A stretch of DNA of 64,000 nt from Felis catus (lineage: Eukaryota), in NCBI RefSeq assembly GCF_018350175.1, contig NC_058381.1, forward strand, positions 2,170,001 to 2,234,000, read 5' to 3'. This document shows, piece by piece, positions 17,269 to 31,299 of the stretch (positions are counted from its first letter, which is position 1; each line of letters opens with the position of its first letter). The translations under genes and the position numbers were made by a program. The notes beneath the pieces were generated by a model that ran no database searches, was not told where the DNA came from, and saw nothing but the letters and a program-made list of their open reading frames with translations.

Positions 17269-20200
17269 TCACGGCTCTCCCGATTTGGGAGGCCCCCCTA
17301 ACCGCCGGGCCTCTGGCCGCAGTTCCTTGCATTTCTGGCAGTAAAAGAAGTCGGGGACATTGGTCTTCTTAATCTTCGCACAGGACAGGTGGATCCATGT
17401 CCCACACAGGCTGCACTCGATCATGGGCCGCCCTGCAAAGGGCTTTCGGCAGTAACACGTGATCAGGTCCCATGAGTCATCACCTGGGGAAAGAAGGTTG
17501 GTTTGGTGCTCTGCCCGAGCTCTTGGGTCCCCAGCAGCCCCGAGCCCGTCCTCCTTGCTAACCCGGGCCAGCCCCAAACCTCGCACCTGATTCCACCATG
17601 ATGTCCTCGTCCATGACGCGCATCTCGCCTTCGCTGGAGCTGGCGTCTCCGTCTTGGCTGGTTTCCGTGCTCCCCACGTCCTTGCTTTCGCTGTCAGTGG
17701 GAGGGGCTCCTTCGGGGTGCACCGTGGCAGGAGGCCTAGGAGCCTCTGGGGGTGTCGGCAGCACAGGGGCGGGGGCTTCACCCCCCACCATTGCCGCCAT
17801 CTCTTCTTCCTCCTCCTCTTCCTCTTCTTCCTCCTCCTCTTCAGAGTCTGTGTCACTGGGGGGTGCCCGGGGAGGCCCAGGAGGTGGGAGTCTATCCCCC
17901 CGCTCTGCCTTTTTCAACTTCCGTTTCTTGCTCTTCTTAATTCGAGACCTCTTTTCCCCATCCCCGGGAGCCGGCCGAGGCCTCCGGAGCACCCCAAAGC
18001 CAGCCCCCCCTCCCGGCCCCAACTTTCGGTTCTTTCGGTCCTTCTTTCGAGGAGGTTGGGAGAGGTCCCCCTGGGAAAGGGGCACCGGGGTGAGAGCAGC
18101 AGGGGGCCGGGAGGCATGTGTCAGGGATGTGGGGGACAGTGGAGACGCCATTTTGGGCCCATCTAGATCAAAGAGCGAGTCCTTGAGCTTCATCTTCTCA
18201 AGCAGGGTCGCGCTGTCAGGGGCCTGCAGACGAGAAAAAGTGGACCTTGGGGGTCCTGGTTGAGTGGGGCCTGCTTGAGCCGCCCTTCTCTTGGATGACT
18301 TTGCTTTCTTAACAAACGTCTGGATGGTTCGGAGATCTGAGGGGGCCGAGTCCCAGCCATCACTGTCTGCCGCACTCTCACCTCGCAAAGGAGAGCTGGA
18401 GCCTGAGGCTGGCCAATCGCTTTCCTTAAATGGGGGGAAGAGACCAGGGTCAGCAGGGGCCCAGGGGCACCTCAGCCCCTGTACAAACCCAGCCTAAAAA
18501 CCAGGGACAAGATCTACCCCGAGATACCCTGGCCCAAACCACTAAAACAAAAAACAAAATCACTGTACTCAGAAACTTTGTCCCCTCCCCAATTCCCCTC
18601 AGCATCTCCCCTTGAACACCTGCACGTCACCTCTGCAGTCCCACAGCCTTGCGGCATTGTCACCCCCAGACCAGAGCGCGATTTCTTTACCTGTTTCCGT
18701 ATAGCCCCGTTTGTTGCCATTTTCAGCTTCCTAATACTTACCCAGCAGCGCCCTCCCATTAATACCCCAAGACCGACCATTCACTGCTGCTCGGCCCCGC
18801 CGAGTCTCTGAGTCACCCAGCTGCCCCCAGGTACTAGTTTTCCCACGTTTCCCATTTCCCTGGTCTTCTGTGTCCCATCGGGTAGAGGTTTCCCTTACAC
18901 AGTGACACAGACTGCCCTCTCCAGTCCTAGGACACCCACCCTCAGGCTACTGGCCCTCCAGTCCCTACCTCTTTGCTAGAGGGAATGTAACCGGCATAGG
19001 CCAACACGAAACTGCAGAATTTGTTGAAGTCCTCAATTGTTCTCCGACGTTTCTCTGGTGGCTGAAAGGAAACATGTATCACAAGGAATTTAAGAGGGGC
19101 ATTCCCAAAGGCAGAAACCCCGGAGCAAGGGATCTAGAAGAGGCAGGAGGAAGGGGGAGAGGGAGAAGGGGGGGGGGGAGGAGAGAGAGACAGAGAGAGA
19201 GAGAGAGAGGAGGGGGAGGGCCCCCGGCAGCAAAAGGAAGAGAAACCTCACCTGAGTTTCTGGCTTAAGGGTCGGAGGTGGATCTGTGGAAGCAATAAAA
19301 GCTGAGTCAAGGCACTAGCGAAGAGTCCGCATGAAACCCCACCTCTAAATCTCGGAGGATCCAGGCAGACCCCCTCTTCTCTCCGGTCTCCCCCGGCCAG
19401 GCCGGCAGGTCCCCAGCTGTGCTGGACCCGCCCCTGCTCCCCCTTCCGCCCTGCGAGGGGCGGAGCCAGGGCGCGGCGCCCTCTCAGGCCTCGCTATAGC
19501 GCTCCCCTTCCCCCCACCGGAGGCCTGGCGCCCCGCCCCCCCAACTCACGGTTTCTCTAGACTCCAGTCTACTCGATCACTCGGCGCCCCACCCCGCCAT
19601 ACCGCTCCCCGGACCGAGCCCGGGCGGCCGCCTGCCCCTGTCCTTCACACGCGCCCAGAGCCCCGAGTTCCTACCCGGTCGCGATCTGCCGCCTGGGGCC
19701 CTCCGCGACCGCACACGCAACCCGCCCGCCCCCAGGGTCCAGGATGACCACGCCGAACCGCTCCCCGCCCTCCGGGCCCCTTCTACTCGAGCACGAGGCC
19801 CGGCGCGCCCCTCACCCCCACCCTAAACACACACAGGCTCACACATCCAACGCCACTTCGCGGCCGGGACAGACGAGCGAGCACTAACCCGGACGCGGCC
19901 CCACCTGCCCCCCCATACCGCGCTCCCCACAATTTCGCCGTCCCTCCGCCCCCATCCGGGGCTTTGGCCCCTCCCCGTCTCGAGCTCCTCGGGCTCCCCG
20001 CCGGGCCCCCGGGCCCAGTTCCGAGCCCTCCGGCCGCCGCCCCCCCTCCGCCCCCGTACTCACCGCCAAGTGACTAGGCTGCGGACCCCTAAACTCTAGC
20101 CCCCCCCCGCCAGCTACTCTCCCTCTACAGCGACCCCCGCTGCTGCCGCCGCTGCCCCCCTCGCCCTCCGCAACTCCCGGGCTGTAGCCCTCGCCGACCA

Positions 20201-20902
20201 ACAGCACCCCCCCCCCCCGCAACTCGCCGGTCTCAACCCCCCCCACACACCCCGCCCCACCGCCCCTACAACTACCCGGCTCTCCTCGCTTCCCGGCGCT
20301 CTCTCCCCACAACTACCCGCCCTGTACAGGTCCCTCTACCGCAGACAATACCCAGACCCCCTCTTCTCCCCACAACTATCTGCCCACCCCTCCAACGATC
20401 CCCGGGCTCTCTCCGGCGGCAACTGCCCGGAGCTCCGGCACCACCGCCACAAACTCCCCCACCTCGGCCAACTACCGGGCTCCTCACTCAGTCCCCTTCC
20501 ACATCCTCCCTCCTCAACAACTCTCCGGCCCCCAGATTCCCCCAGCCTCCCGGCCTCAGGGCCCCAACGTGCTGGAGGCCCTCTCGGCCCCTAACCCCCG
20601 GAGCTCCGGGGTTCAAGCTCCCGCTCCCCACCCCCCACCCCTACACACACACATTCGCGGTGTCTGATCTCCAGCTACCCCCAGCCCGAGCTCCCACTCC
20701 TCTTTCACCAAGGTCTCCCAACTCGCCGCTCTCCTACCTCCAGGGGCAGGCCCCCGACCCCCTCCCCGCGCTCCCCCGCCGGGCTCCGGGCTCGACCTCC
20801 AAGTTTGCCAATTGATTCCTCGCCCGCCCCCCCACCGGCTCAGCGCTCCGTGCCGGTCGAGAGCTCACCTTCGGGACTGGGCTCCGCCATGGCTTCCAGC
20901 AT
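17269..20902 (-). CDS. PHF23: PHD finger protein 23, 5 exons, 403 aa
   Basis: Exons 20902-20869, 19283-19252, 19061-18969, 18424-17587, 17483-17269 (1212 nt). [15 protein letters not shown] start, poly-Glu tract, PHD finger [26 protein letters not shown]...CQKC. Confidence 0.97.
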
Positions 20903-21249
20903 CGCCCCCTCCCCTCCTCCCGGTCCGGCGCCCCCCTCCCCTGAGCCGGGGATCCCGGTGCCGCCTCCGGTGCTCGGTGCTCCTACTGCCTCGCTCCACA
21001 GAGGTGTCTGCCTCNNNNNNNNNNNNNNNNNNNNNNNNNNNNNNNNNNNNNNNNNNNNNNNNNNNNNNNNNNNNNNNNNNNNNNNNNNNNNNNNNNNNNN
21101 NNNNNNNNNNNNNNNNNNNNNNNNNNNNNNNNNNNNNNNNNNNNNNNNNNNNNNNNNNNNNNNNNNNNNNNNNNNNNNNNNNNNNNNNCGACGCGCAATG
21201 CATCAAGGGGCCTGTAGTCCGTCTGGGGGCAGCGGAAAGGGGACCCCAT

Positions 21250-21500
21250 AGGCCTCTGGAACTTCAGTTCCCAGCAAGCCAAGGATGGGCGCAGGCGCAT
21301 TAGTCCGCTCCCCTCCCCCGGGGAGTGGCGGGGAGATTGGGAGCAGAGGGTAGGGCGGAAGAGCGCGCGCAGGATCCTGGGAAATGTAGGCTGGGCGGGA
21401 CTAAGAAAGAAGGAAAAGAAGGGATTAGAACTCTCGGCCACCATACTGCCTCTTTCTGCGGCTTCTTTCTCCCCCGTGGGACCGCCCCACTTCCGGCCAG
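21250..21500. promoter_or_regulatory. PHF23 promoter
   Basis: Two ZNF143-type motifs (ACTTCAGTTCCCAGCAAGCC ~21260; CTGGGAAATGTAG ~21377), GC boxes and ETS/GABPA CACTTCCGG ~21488. Confidence 0.65.
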
Positions 21501-22448
21501 AGGGAGAAAGGGTTGCTGGGGGATGAAGTCCTCCTGATGATAATGGCTCCCTCCTCCCCGTCTTCTGCCTCCCTTGAATTCCACACACCGGCATTAGTCT
21601 GGCCAAGCGAGATGCCAAGCGAGGACGGAGTCCATTCACCAGCTCCCACACGCGACCAGCTCTTCCCTAACCCAAAGGCCGTAACAAACTTGGGAGGTAT
21701 TTATTTAAAGCAGGTACTTTCCAACTTTGTCCACCGGAACCCACGGTGTAAAAAACAAAAACGATTCTTTATATCAAGACCCAAAAGACAGGTATATAAA
21801 ACAGAAGTTTCATGAAACGATACTCCGTATTCCTTTCATCACAGCAAAAACACTGCCCCTCCCCTCCCCCCCCAGGAAAAAAACCAACATGAACAGAGTA
21901 AACCAAAATATATTACTGTCCCTCCAACCACCACTTTGCCCACCTCCGGATAACTATCCCCACCTCGGGACAACTAAAAAGAAAAAGGAGGAGGGAAGCA
22001 ACACAAAGCAAGATCCAGTCCGGCTTGGTGGTTTCCTCTTTATTGATGTGCCTCCTACCTTCCCCCCACAATTACAGTCCCTCCCCTCTACCCCCCAAAA
22101 AGAAGGTAGTGAAAGGAAGGGAATGTCGGGGTTCTGAGCCCCTTGGGCAGTTAGAAAGGGAACAGGAACCAAAACAATCACTAGATGTGACAGAGATTGA
22201 CAATCGAGAAGTCTAAAGCACAGTGGGGAAGGTGGAAAGAGAAAGGGGACAAAGGAGAGGTCCTAGAAGCCACCTCCCCCATGAGCCCTCCTGCTAAGGG
22301 GGGCTGGAGGAGAGCCTCGAACGAACGTTAGGAAGTGCAGGTCCTGAAGGAGGGAGGTGGTGGTCGGGCCTGAAGGAGGACTAGGTCAAGGAAGGGGGGC
22401 CACCTCTCTCTTTGTAGGCTGGGACCCCCCACCTCAGGGGCAGCAGCT

Positions 22449-24007
<1,559 letters not shown>

Positions 24008-24009
24008 GG

Positions 24010-25100
24010 AACCCGGGGGGGGCCGGGACGGGGGGCGGCGGCGACGGCGGCGACGCGCGGGCGGATTCAGCGGAGCGATCCCGGGACTTGCGCCACTTCC
24101 CTATTCACCAACCCCACCCACGACGGTCCGGGGCCGCCCCGCCTGCCACGTTACGCCACCAGCGCAGCGGCCATAACGCCGCCAGCGTAGCACCACCCCC
24201 TGACCGCCCCCCCTCACGCCGTCTGCGTAATCGCTTTGGAATCAACTTGTGGGCTACGCAGACGACGTAGCAAAGGTGGTTGGCTTGTGCTATGGTCGAA
24301 AATAACCGAAAACCCACATTCTGACCTTCCCCCACGAGGCTGGGGATGAAAAGGGCTGCGAGTCCCTAACTGTAATTTGAGGCTCGGTTCTCCGAAAGTT
24401 CTTTTCGGGAATAACGTAAAGAGGGGGAAAAAAAAAAGGCAGAGATAATTACAAGGATAGCTATTCACGAAACGCGTTGGTACGCCGACGGCGGCAGCTG
24501 ACACCAAAACAAAGTAGTACCCAAGTCGGGGAGCTGGTCTCCGGAAATGAAGGGGGACAGAAACGAAACACCCGTTCAGGGAAACGCACCGGACGCTTAG
24601 GTTCCAGGGAAGAGTAGACCAATAGGGACCTGAGAGGAGGTCCGAAAGGTAGGGACTACGTCATCGCGGAGGAACACACTCGGCGGTCGCGAGAGAAAAA
24701 TCATGTGATCTCAGAGAAGGGCGGAGCGTCACGTGGCGGCCGCGGGAAGTAGAGCCGGCCGCGGGGAGGTGGGGGGAGGGGCGCTGGGGGGCGGGGCCGG
24801 GGCGGCCGGAGCGGGGCCGGGCCTGGCGCTAGGCCCCCCGCCGTCGGGCGTGTCCGCGTCGGCCCCCGGCGAGGTCCCGCCTGTCTGGCTTCTGGTCCAG
24901 TATCTCCTGCCGCCACACTGCCGCGTCGTCCTAGCCCGCAGGCCAGGTTCCTTCCGGACACGCGGCCGCCCTCCCGGTCCCCACCGGGGCGCCCATCCCG
25001 TCTCCAAGACCCTTCCCGCCAGAGCACCTGATGCCGAGTCTCCCCCCTCCTCCCCCAAAGCCAACAGCGCCTCGCCCCGACAGGGGGGGACGTGAACAAA
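24010..25100. promoter_or_regulatory. GABARAP promoter CpG island with CRE-like and MiT/TFE-type E-boxes
   Basis: TACGTCA ~24657, TCATGTGA 24701-24708, GTCACGTG 24728-24735 and GC boxes. Confidence 0.65.
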
Positions 25101-25756
25101 GACGCCTCCCTTCATCTCCCAACCCCCAGAGAAGGACCTGGGGCAGCTTTGGTTTCAAAGTTATAATGCATGGTTTAAAAGAGAGAAAGGAGAAAAAAAA
25201 AAAAAAAAAAAAAAAAAAGCTGGTTACAGGTCTGAGGGAGTCTAGGAAGAAGGGAAAATAGAAGGAAAAGAAAGGGGGGAGGGCAGGACAAGTTTGGGGA
25301 AAATCCAGTGGCCCAAAATCCCAGTTTCCCACCCACAGCCCAGCCCTTGGAGTGAAGAATTAGATCAGTTTTGTACAAGAGTTTTTAAAAAATCAAATCA
25401 CAACAAAGCTGGCTTGGCTTTTCTTTGAGCCTCCCGGATTACCGAATGTCTGTCTCTCATTCTGGCCGGTCTGGTCTCTCCACCAGACAGTTCGGGCTCT
25501 CCCCGGCCTCCGCTTCTGTCCCAGTCTGGGGTTTCCAGGGAGCGCGAACTCGAAGTCAGAGTGAGGCTGCTTGCGAGTGTGGCCCGTGTGTCTGTCCAGA
25601 CTCCACACGGAGCGCAGGGCTCCCTGGGCAGAGAGGGGCGGGAGGGGCAGGTCCTGCCCAGGCAGTCCTCACCATCGGACAGGGCATCAGACGGCATCCC
25701 GAGAGCTCACCCTCCCTCTCCCCCCCACCCCAGCGCAGGTGGAGGGGGAGCAGCCG

Positions 25757-28700
25757 TCACCAGAGCCTGTGTTGGTGAAGGTTTCGGCTCAGCACAGAAC
25801 GAACGTCGGCGGTGAACCTGGGATGACAAGATGAAGCCTCGTTGGAGATGGGGGGAGGAAATAATCACCATTCTCACATGACACCGAGGTCCAGTTTGCC
25901 CAAAACCCACTGGCTACAGGTGATGAGCTTTACTGTAAGAACACCTGGGTTCAAAGGCTAAGTTCTTAAGGGAAAAGGGGTAAGTCAAACAGGACGCGTT
26001 TTTATTCCCTCTCGGGATCCCCCACCTCCTTTCCTCAGCAATGTGTCTGGCTTCCCTTACCTGAGGGCGTCCAGCATGGGAAGCAGGTTGAGGAGGGCGG
26101 TGTCGCTGGGGTCACTGAACCACGATTTGATGGGGATGGCGTTGTCTAGGGTGGGTGAAAATAAGCGCACGTGAAAAAAACCACACAATTCAAGACTCAG
26201 GCCGGTTTTTCTTTCCTTTGGGAAAATGGGGATCATTACTTTAAAATCCGTACCCTCTCCCTGACCCACCCAAACCCAACCACTTAGGTAAACCTGCCTA
26301 TTTTATTCTCCAAAACAAACTTTTTAAAAGAGGCATTCATATTCATGTCTATTTGAGAGATGGGGGTGGATGCGTGAGTGGGAGAAGGGAGCGGAGGGAG
26401 AGACTCCCTAGCAGGCTCCACGCTCAGTGCAAAGCCCGACACGGGGCTCGATCCCATGAGCCTGGGATCGTGACCTGAGCCTACATCAGCGTCAGATGCG
26501 CAAATGACTGAGCCACCCAGGCCCCTCCCCAAGATAAAATTAACCTGTAATCACCGTATCTCACATTAACGTGAGGCTTCTAATCAAATTTATTGCTACT
26601 GTCTCACCTGAAGCAAACTGATACAAGCAACGTGACCTACGAAGTGGACAAGTGGGGAAGGGAGAGTGTCTCCCAGAAACCAGAAACACCTGGCATCCTG
26701 ACCTACAGTAAGCCAGGAATCCCAGCTCCAGGCATTCAAAATAACCTTCTCGGAACCACTTCCTGGTCCTGCCAGACTCACCACCCCCACCCCCCATACC
26801 TGGGTGGCTCCGGTAGGCCCCTGGGGAGTTATCCAGGATCACGATGCTGGAGAGGTCGCTGTGGACCACGGAGAGGTCCTTGATGTAGCTGCCCAGTTCC
26901 AAAGTGCAGTGCTGGAGGGTAGGGCCACGCTGGGCATCAAAAGGAGACTCGGCCCCTGTGACGGCTGCCCAATCCCAACAATGCCCACGGGCAGCCACCT
27001 CCCACAGAGGGGGTCATGCAGTACGCCTCCGCTCACCCCCCAGAAGGTCCCTTTCTGGGGAAACTGCTCAAACCCAGACCCCCTCCCTGCCAGCCTGCCT
27101 CCCGAGCCTCCTCTTACCTGTCTGTAGTATCTCCTCTTGAGAATGCTTCTGCTATTGTCCAGTTTATCTGCCACAGCAGAGCCGTAAATCTCCATGCTTG
27201 CTGTGAACACCACCAGCTCGTACCACTGGCTCACCTGAAATTCATCAGGGGGAGGGTGGGGTCAGAAGAAGCGATCCTTCCTCTGAACGCACAACTCTCC
27301 TTCACTAGACTCCGGCCCGGTCCTTCAGGCCTTTCAAGAGCATCAGATGTCTCTGAGAACACAAAATTCTGAAGGCCCCCAAACCCAAGAGTCTTAGGCC
27401 CCGTACACCCTTAAAGATTCAGAGGTGCAAGAACAGAAGATCAGGAAGCCTGTGGAAGAACAGAATTGCATCAGCACCACAAACGAACCCAAGCTACTGA
27501 CAGCCGCCCTCTGACCGGCCCACAACTGCCCTTCTCCAAAACTGCCCACACCTATGTTCTCCTCACCCTGTACTTCCTCCAACCGCTCTGAATTCCCGGA
27601 GCCTTAACGCCATTCCTTCATCACAGGGCTCCCCACAGCTTCTACAAATTCACCATTTTTTTTTTCTAATGTATTTTTTTTCCTTTTTTTTTTTTTTTTT
27701 TTTTGAGAGAGAGAGTGAGTGTGTGAGCCGGGGAGGGGCAGAGAGAGAGAGGAGACACAGAATCCAAAGCAGGCTCCAGGCTCTGAGCTGTGAGCACAGA
27801 GCCCGACGTGGGGCTCGGACCCACGAACCACGAGATCATCATGACCTGAGCTGAAGTCAGATACTCAACCGACTGAGCCCCCCAGGTGCCCCCAAACTCA
27901 CCACTTCTAAGAAGAAATCCACATGGGGCCTCTTATGTACAAAAAACCGGACGGGATGTTTGTCTATTACCACCTGTAGAGGAACAGGGAAGAGCTGGGG
28001 GGGGGGGGTCCTGAGCACAGGCCTGAAGGACACACACCCCTCCCTGCCACCTCCCCCCCCCCCCCCACTGCCTGCTTCCCTCCTGGCTGCCGCTGGTGCC
28101 AGAGGATGGGGACAAGGACGATATGCTCTGGGACTGGGAAAGGAAGTCTAGTTGTGAGCAGAATCACAGGCATGACCATCCCATCACTTCCCACCCCAAC
28201 ACACCTTAAGGATGAAGTCGGGAGGCGTTCCAGGCCGGACGGTAGGCCTCAGGACCCCGTCGTGATGGGAGTGGATAAGTGTCTCATCCAGATCCAGCAC
28301 CAGGATCTTCCTCTTCACCTGGCCTGAACCACAACGGCAAGGAATGATACCCACCAACCTCCAGCCCACACCTTGAGCCCCACCTCACCTTACAGGAGCC
28401 TTCCCAGCCAACACACTCACCTAGCCGATTCCGGGACACGGGAGATAAGGGAAGGATATCATAGCGAACAGTTTGGTACTGAATTATCTAAAAACAGCAA
28501 GAGAGAGGATTAGACCCCTTGAGCGGGAGATCTTGACAGAGGAACGTTTACTATATACGGGGCATCGTGGAAGTGACTGACGATCACCTCATTTAATCCT
28601 CAAGAACGCGGTAACGACGCTATAATAACGACAATGACAGCAACATCATCGTGTCTATTTTAACAACGGAGAGACCGAGGCTTAGCCAGGTTAGATGCCT

Positions 28701-31122
28701 TGTGTAAGACCACACTGCTAGGAATCATCTTATTTGGTCATTTGTCCCCCCAGTTAGAATGAAAACCTGGCGAGAGCACCCGGTCCCGGCTGCGTTCCCA
28801 GGACACTGTCACAGGGTGGGTGGTTAATATCAGAGCGGATGCAGTGGTGGAGCCAGGACCGCCCTAAGGCAGGCCGACCCAAAACCTGCCCTCTTCCCTG
28901 TGCTCTGCAAGGAACAGAGACACGCACGGCTCCCCACATTTCCGCCCCATGGATCCTTCGTGACAACTCTGGTCACTCGGGGGACTGAGAGGAGTCAGTA
29001 CAGGAGGTCCTTGGGTACCTAAGGGGAATGAAGGGCAAGGAGGGAATCCAGGGGTTCTCAGGTCAGCTAAGTTCCCCTGGCTGGTGGCCGCCAGGCCTAT
29101 TTTAACCAGCCACCTGTCCATTTCTGTCTCTACCAGCCAAGTCACAAGTGGAAGAGAACCTCAGCCCTCCGCGCTGCCTCCTTATTCCGGTACCCAGGAC
29201 AAGGCACACTGGGAAGCCCCACCCACCAGGCTGACTGATAGGGTGGCGAGAAGGCCAGAGTGAATGAAGGGCTGTGAGGGAAGTCAAGAGGGGACAAGGA
29301 CGTCAACCTTCCAGCTCCTCCGAGTCTTCTCTAGAAGCTCCTGTTTCTAGCACTCAGTTCTCTTCCACGCGAGCCTGGCAGTCCCTTCCTCTGCCCTTTT
29401 CTTCTAGGCTTCTGTCCATCCCTAGGCCCCATCCCTAGGCCCCAGCCTCGCCAGAACCAGTCTCGCCCCTCGCAAGCCACAGGGCCCTCTCCTCCGAATG
29501 CCAAGGCACCTGCCCTTTTCTCCCTGCAGCAGGATGAAGGCCGCGACAGCTCGGGTGTCCTGGCCTGCTATCTCGGGTTGCACATGCTGGGCATGTAGGG
29601 AATGCTCCAAGCATCTGCCAGCAAGGGGGTGGGGGGAGAAACCAGATTGGAAGGGAAGGAAGGGAAGACAAAAGGCCGTGGGGTCAGCGCCTGCCCGGAG
29701 AGGTGCAGTTTTTCCAAAAGCTAGCCTCTAGAGGGGCTGGAGCTCTACTCCCTGCCTCCAGAACAGAAATTTCAGGGGCAAACGGGGCGTGCTCGGAGCA
29801 AAGCCAGGCAGCTAGAACAGCAGCTGACATGTAGAGAAAACCCCAGAAGCCAGCCCCACACACACCTCAGCATCTCTGACCCCAAATTCTTCCGGGCTCC
29901 TAACATGTGTTTCGGGGAAATAGCCTTGCCTCCCACCGTGATCACCCAGAAACAACCCTCACCCTAAATCAGGAAGCGGAAGGCATAGACCGGTAAAGGA
30001 GACACTGAATCTGAAGCAGGCCCACTCCCCCAAGTCAGTCAACAACGACCACCACCACCCAGGGCTCTCTGGAGACTCTCGGACCTTCCAGGTATTACTG
30101 AGGTACACCAAAGAGCACAGGCCAGGGAACTTCTGCATGTCGGCTTACTGAATTCTCCCCAGCAGTGAGAACACAGCACATTCGCTAAAGGATGTTAGCC
30201 TATGGGAGCTCTGACCTTGGAGAGAAGCTCTCTGGGGGAGGGAACCCACAGATACTTGGGGACGTGCAGTCTTCGCTGCCCACAGGACCCCTCTCAAAGC
30301 TGGGGTCTCCTGGAGAGGCAAGCCTGCCCTCAGGCTCAAGCCTACAACTGCCAAGCACTGTCTTCCCAGAGAGACACCCCAACACCAATGTGCTCCTCTC
30401 CCTAAAGCCCAACATAAAACCATCCTTCTTAGTCCCAGGGACTAGGTGACTCCAGATGCCCACACCAGGAAATAAGTTTCCGGGGCCCTTTTCGGACGAG
30501 TCCCCGTAAAGCCAACAGCAGGGGTTTCTCCTTCACACCCAGGGCTGTTCCCCTGTTTGTCACGTATGGTCTCCCACCCACACCCCTACCCTTGCCACAT
30601 AAGCCCGTCTGTCCCTTGTTCCGAGCCCTAACACACAGGGAGGCTCCTAGTAACGGAAGGGTCTGTCACAAGCCCACAGCCGACAGAGCCGGTGCCATCA
30701 AACAGGTGTTCCCCTCCTCTTGGTCTCTAACAACAACTCCAGCTTTCCTAAACGGCGCCCCACCCACCACCCTGGCCCCCAAGAGTTGCCACATCCAGTC
30801 TCCGTCTTGCCCCCCCCCGCCCCGATCTCGGTTGTCCTACGGGGGTCTCCCCCCTCCCCATGCCACCCCATGCCCAGCCAAGGGTGCCCCAACCCTCTAA
30901 CGGGAAAAGCCGCCGCCAGGACTCCGTTCCGAAGCCCAAATAGAGGCCCGACACTTTCCGAAAACCCGTGAGCACCGCTGACACGGGTTCCCACCACCAC
31001 CAGCGCCCACCCAGGCTCACCGTGCGGNNNNNNNNNNNNNNNNNNNNNNNNNNNNNNNNNNNNNNNNNNNNNNNNNNNNNNNNNNNNNNNNNNNNNNNNN
31101 NNNNNNNNNNNNNNNNNNNNNN
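25757..31122 (-). CDS. CTDNEP1: CTD nuclear envelope phosphatase 1 (Dullard), 8 exons, ~244 aa; most of exon 1 lies in N-gap 31028-31295
   Basis: Exon 1 ends at 31021 (CGC ACG|gtgag). Then 28487-28421, 28323-28205 (catalytic DLDET), 27973-27902, 27234-27118, 26911-26800, 26145-26061 and 25817-25757 (RNLHQHRLW*). The start (~31122) is extrapolated from the expected exon length. Confidence 0.95.
26321..26527 (-). mobile_element. Can-SINE in CTDNEP1 intron 6
   Basis: Reverse-complement head (TGAGCCACCCAGGCCCC) and body. Confidence 0.85.
27661..27892 (-). mobile_element. Can-SINE in CTDNEP1 intron 4, immediately after the splice donor
   Basis: Full head, body and A tail on the minus strand; imperfect 16-bp TSD at 27893-27908 and 27645-27660. 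Confidence 0.92.
28540..28725. mobile_element. MIR fragment in CTDNEP1 intron 1
   Basis: CTCATTTAATCCTCA...GAGACCGAGGCTTAG...AAGACCACAC resembles the MIR core. Confidence 0.6.
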
Positions 31123-31299
31123 NNNNNNNNNNNNNNNNNNNNNNNNNNNNNNNNNNNNNNNNNNNNNNNNNNNNNNNNNNNNNNNNNNNNNNNNNNNNNN
31201 NNNNNNNNNNNNNNNNNNNNNNNNNNNNNNNNNNNNNNNNNNNNNNNNNNNNNNNNNNNNNNNNNNNNNNNNNNNNNNNNNNNNNNNNNNNNNNNCCCA

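Noticed and set aside
17598-18263. Antisense 221-aa ORF with poly-Ser over PHF23 exon 4
   Set aside because: It mirrors the poly-Glu coding strand; there is no independent evidence for it.
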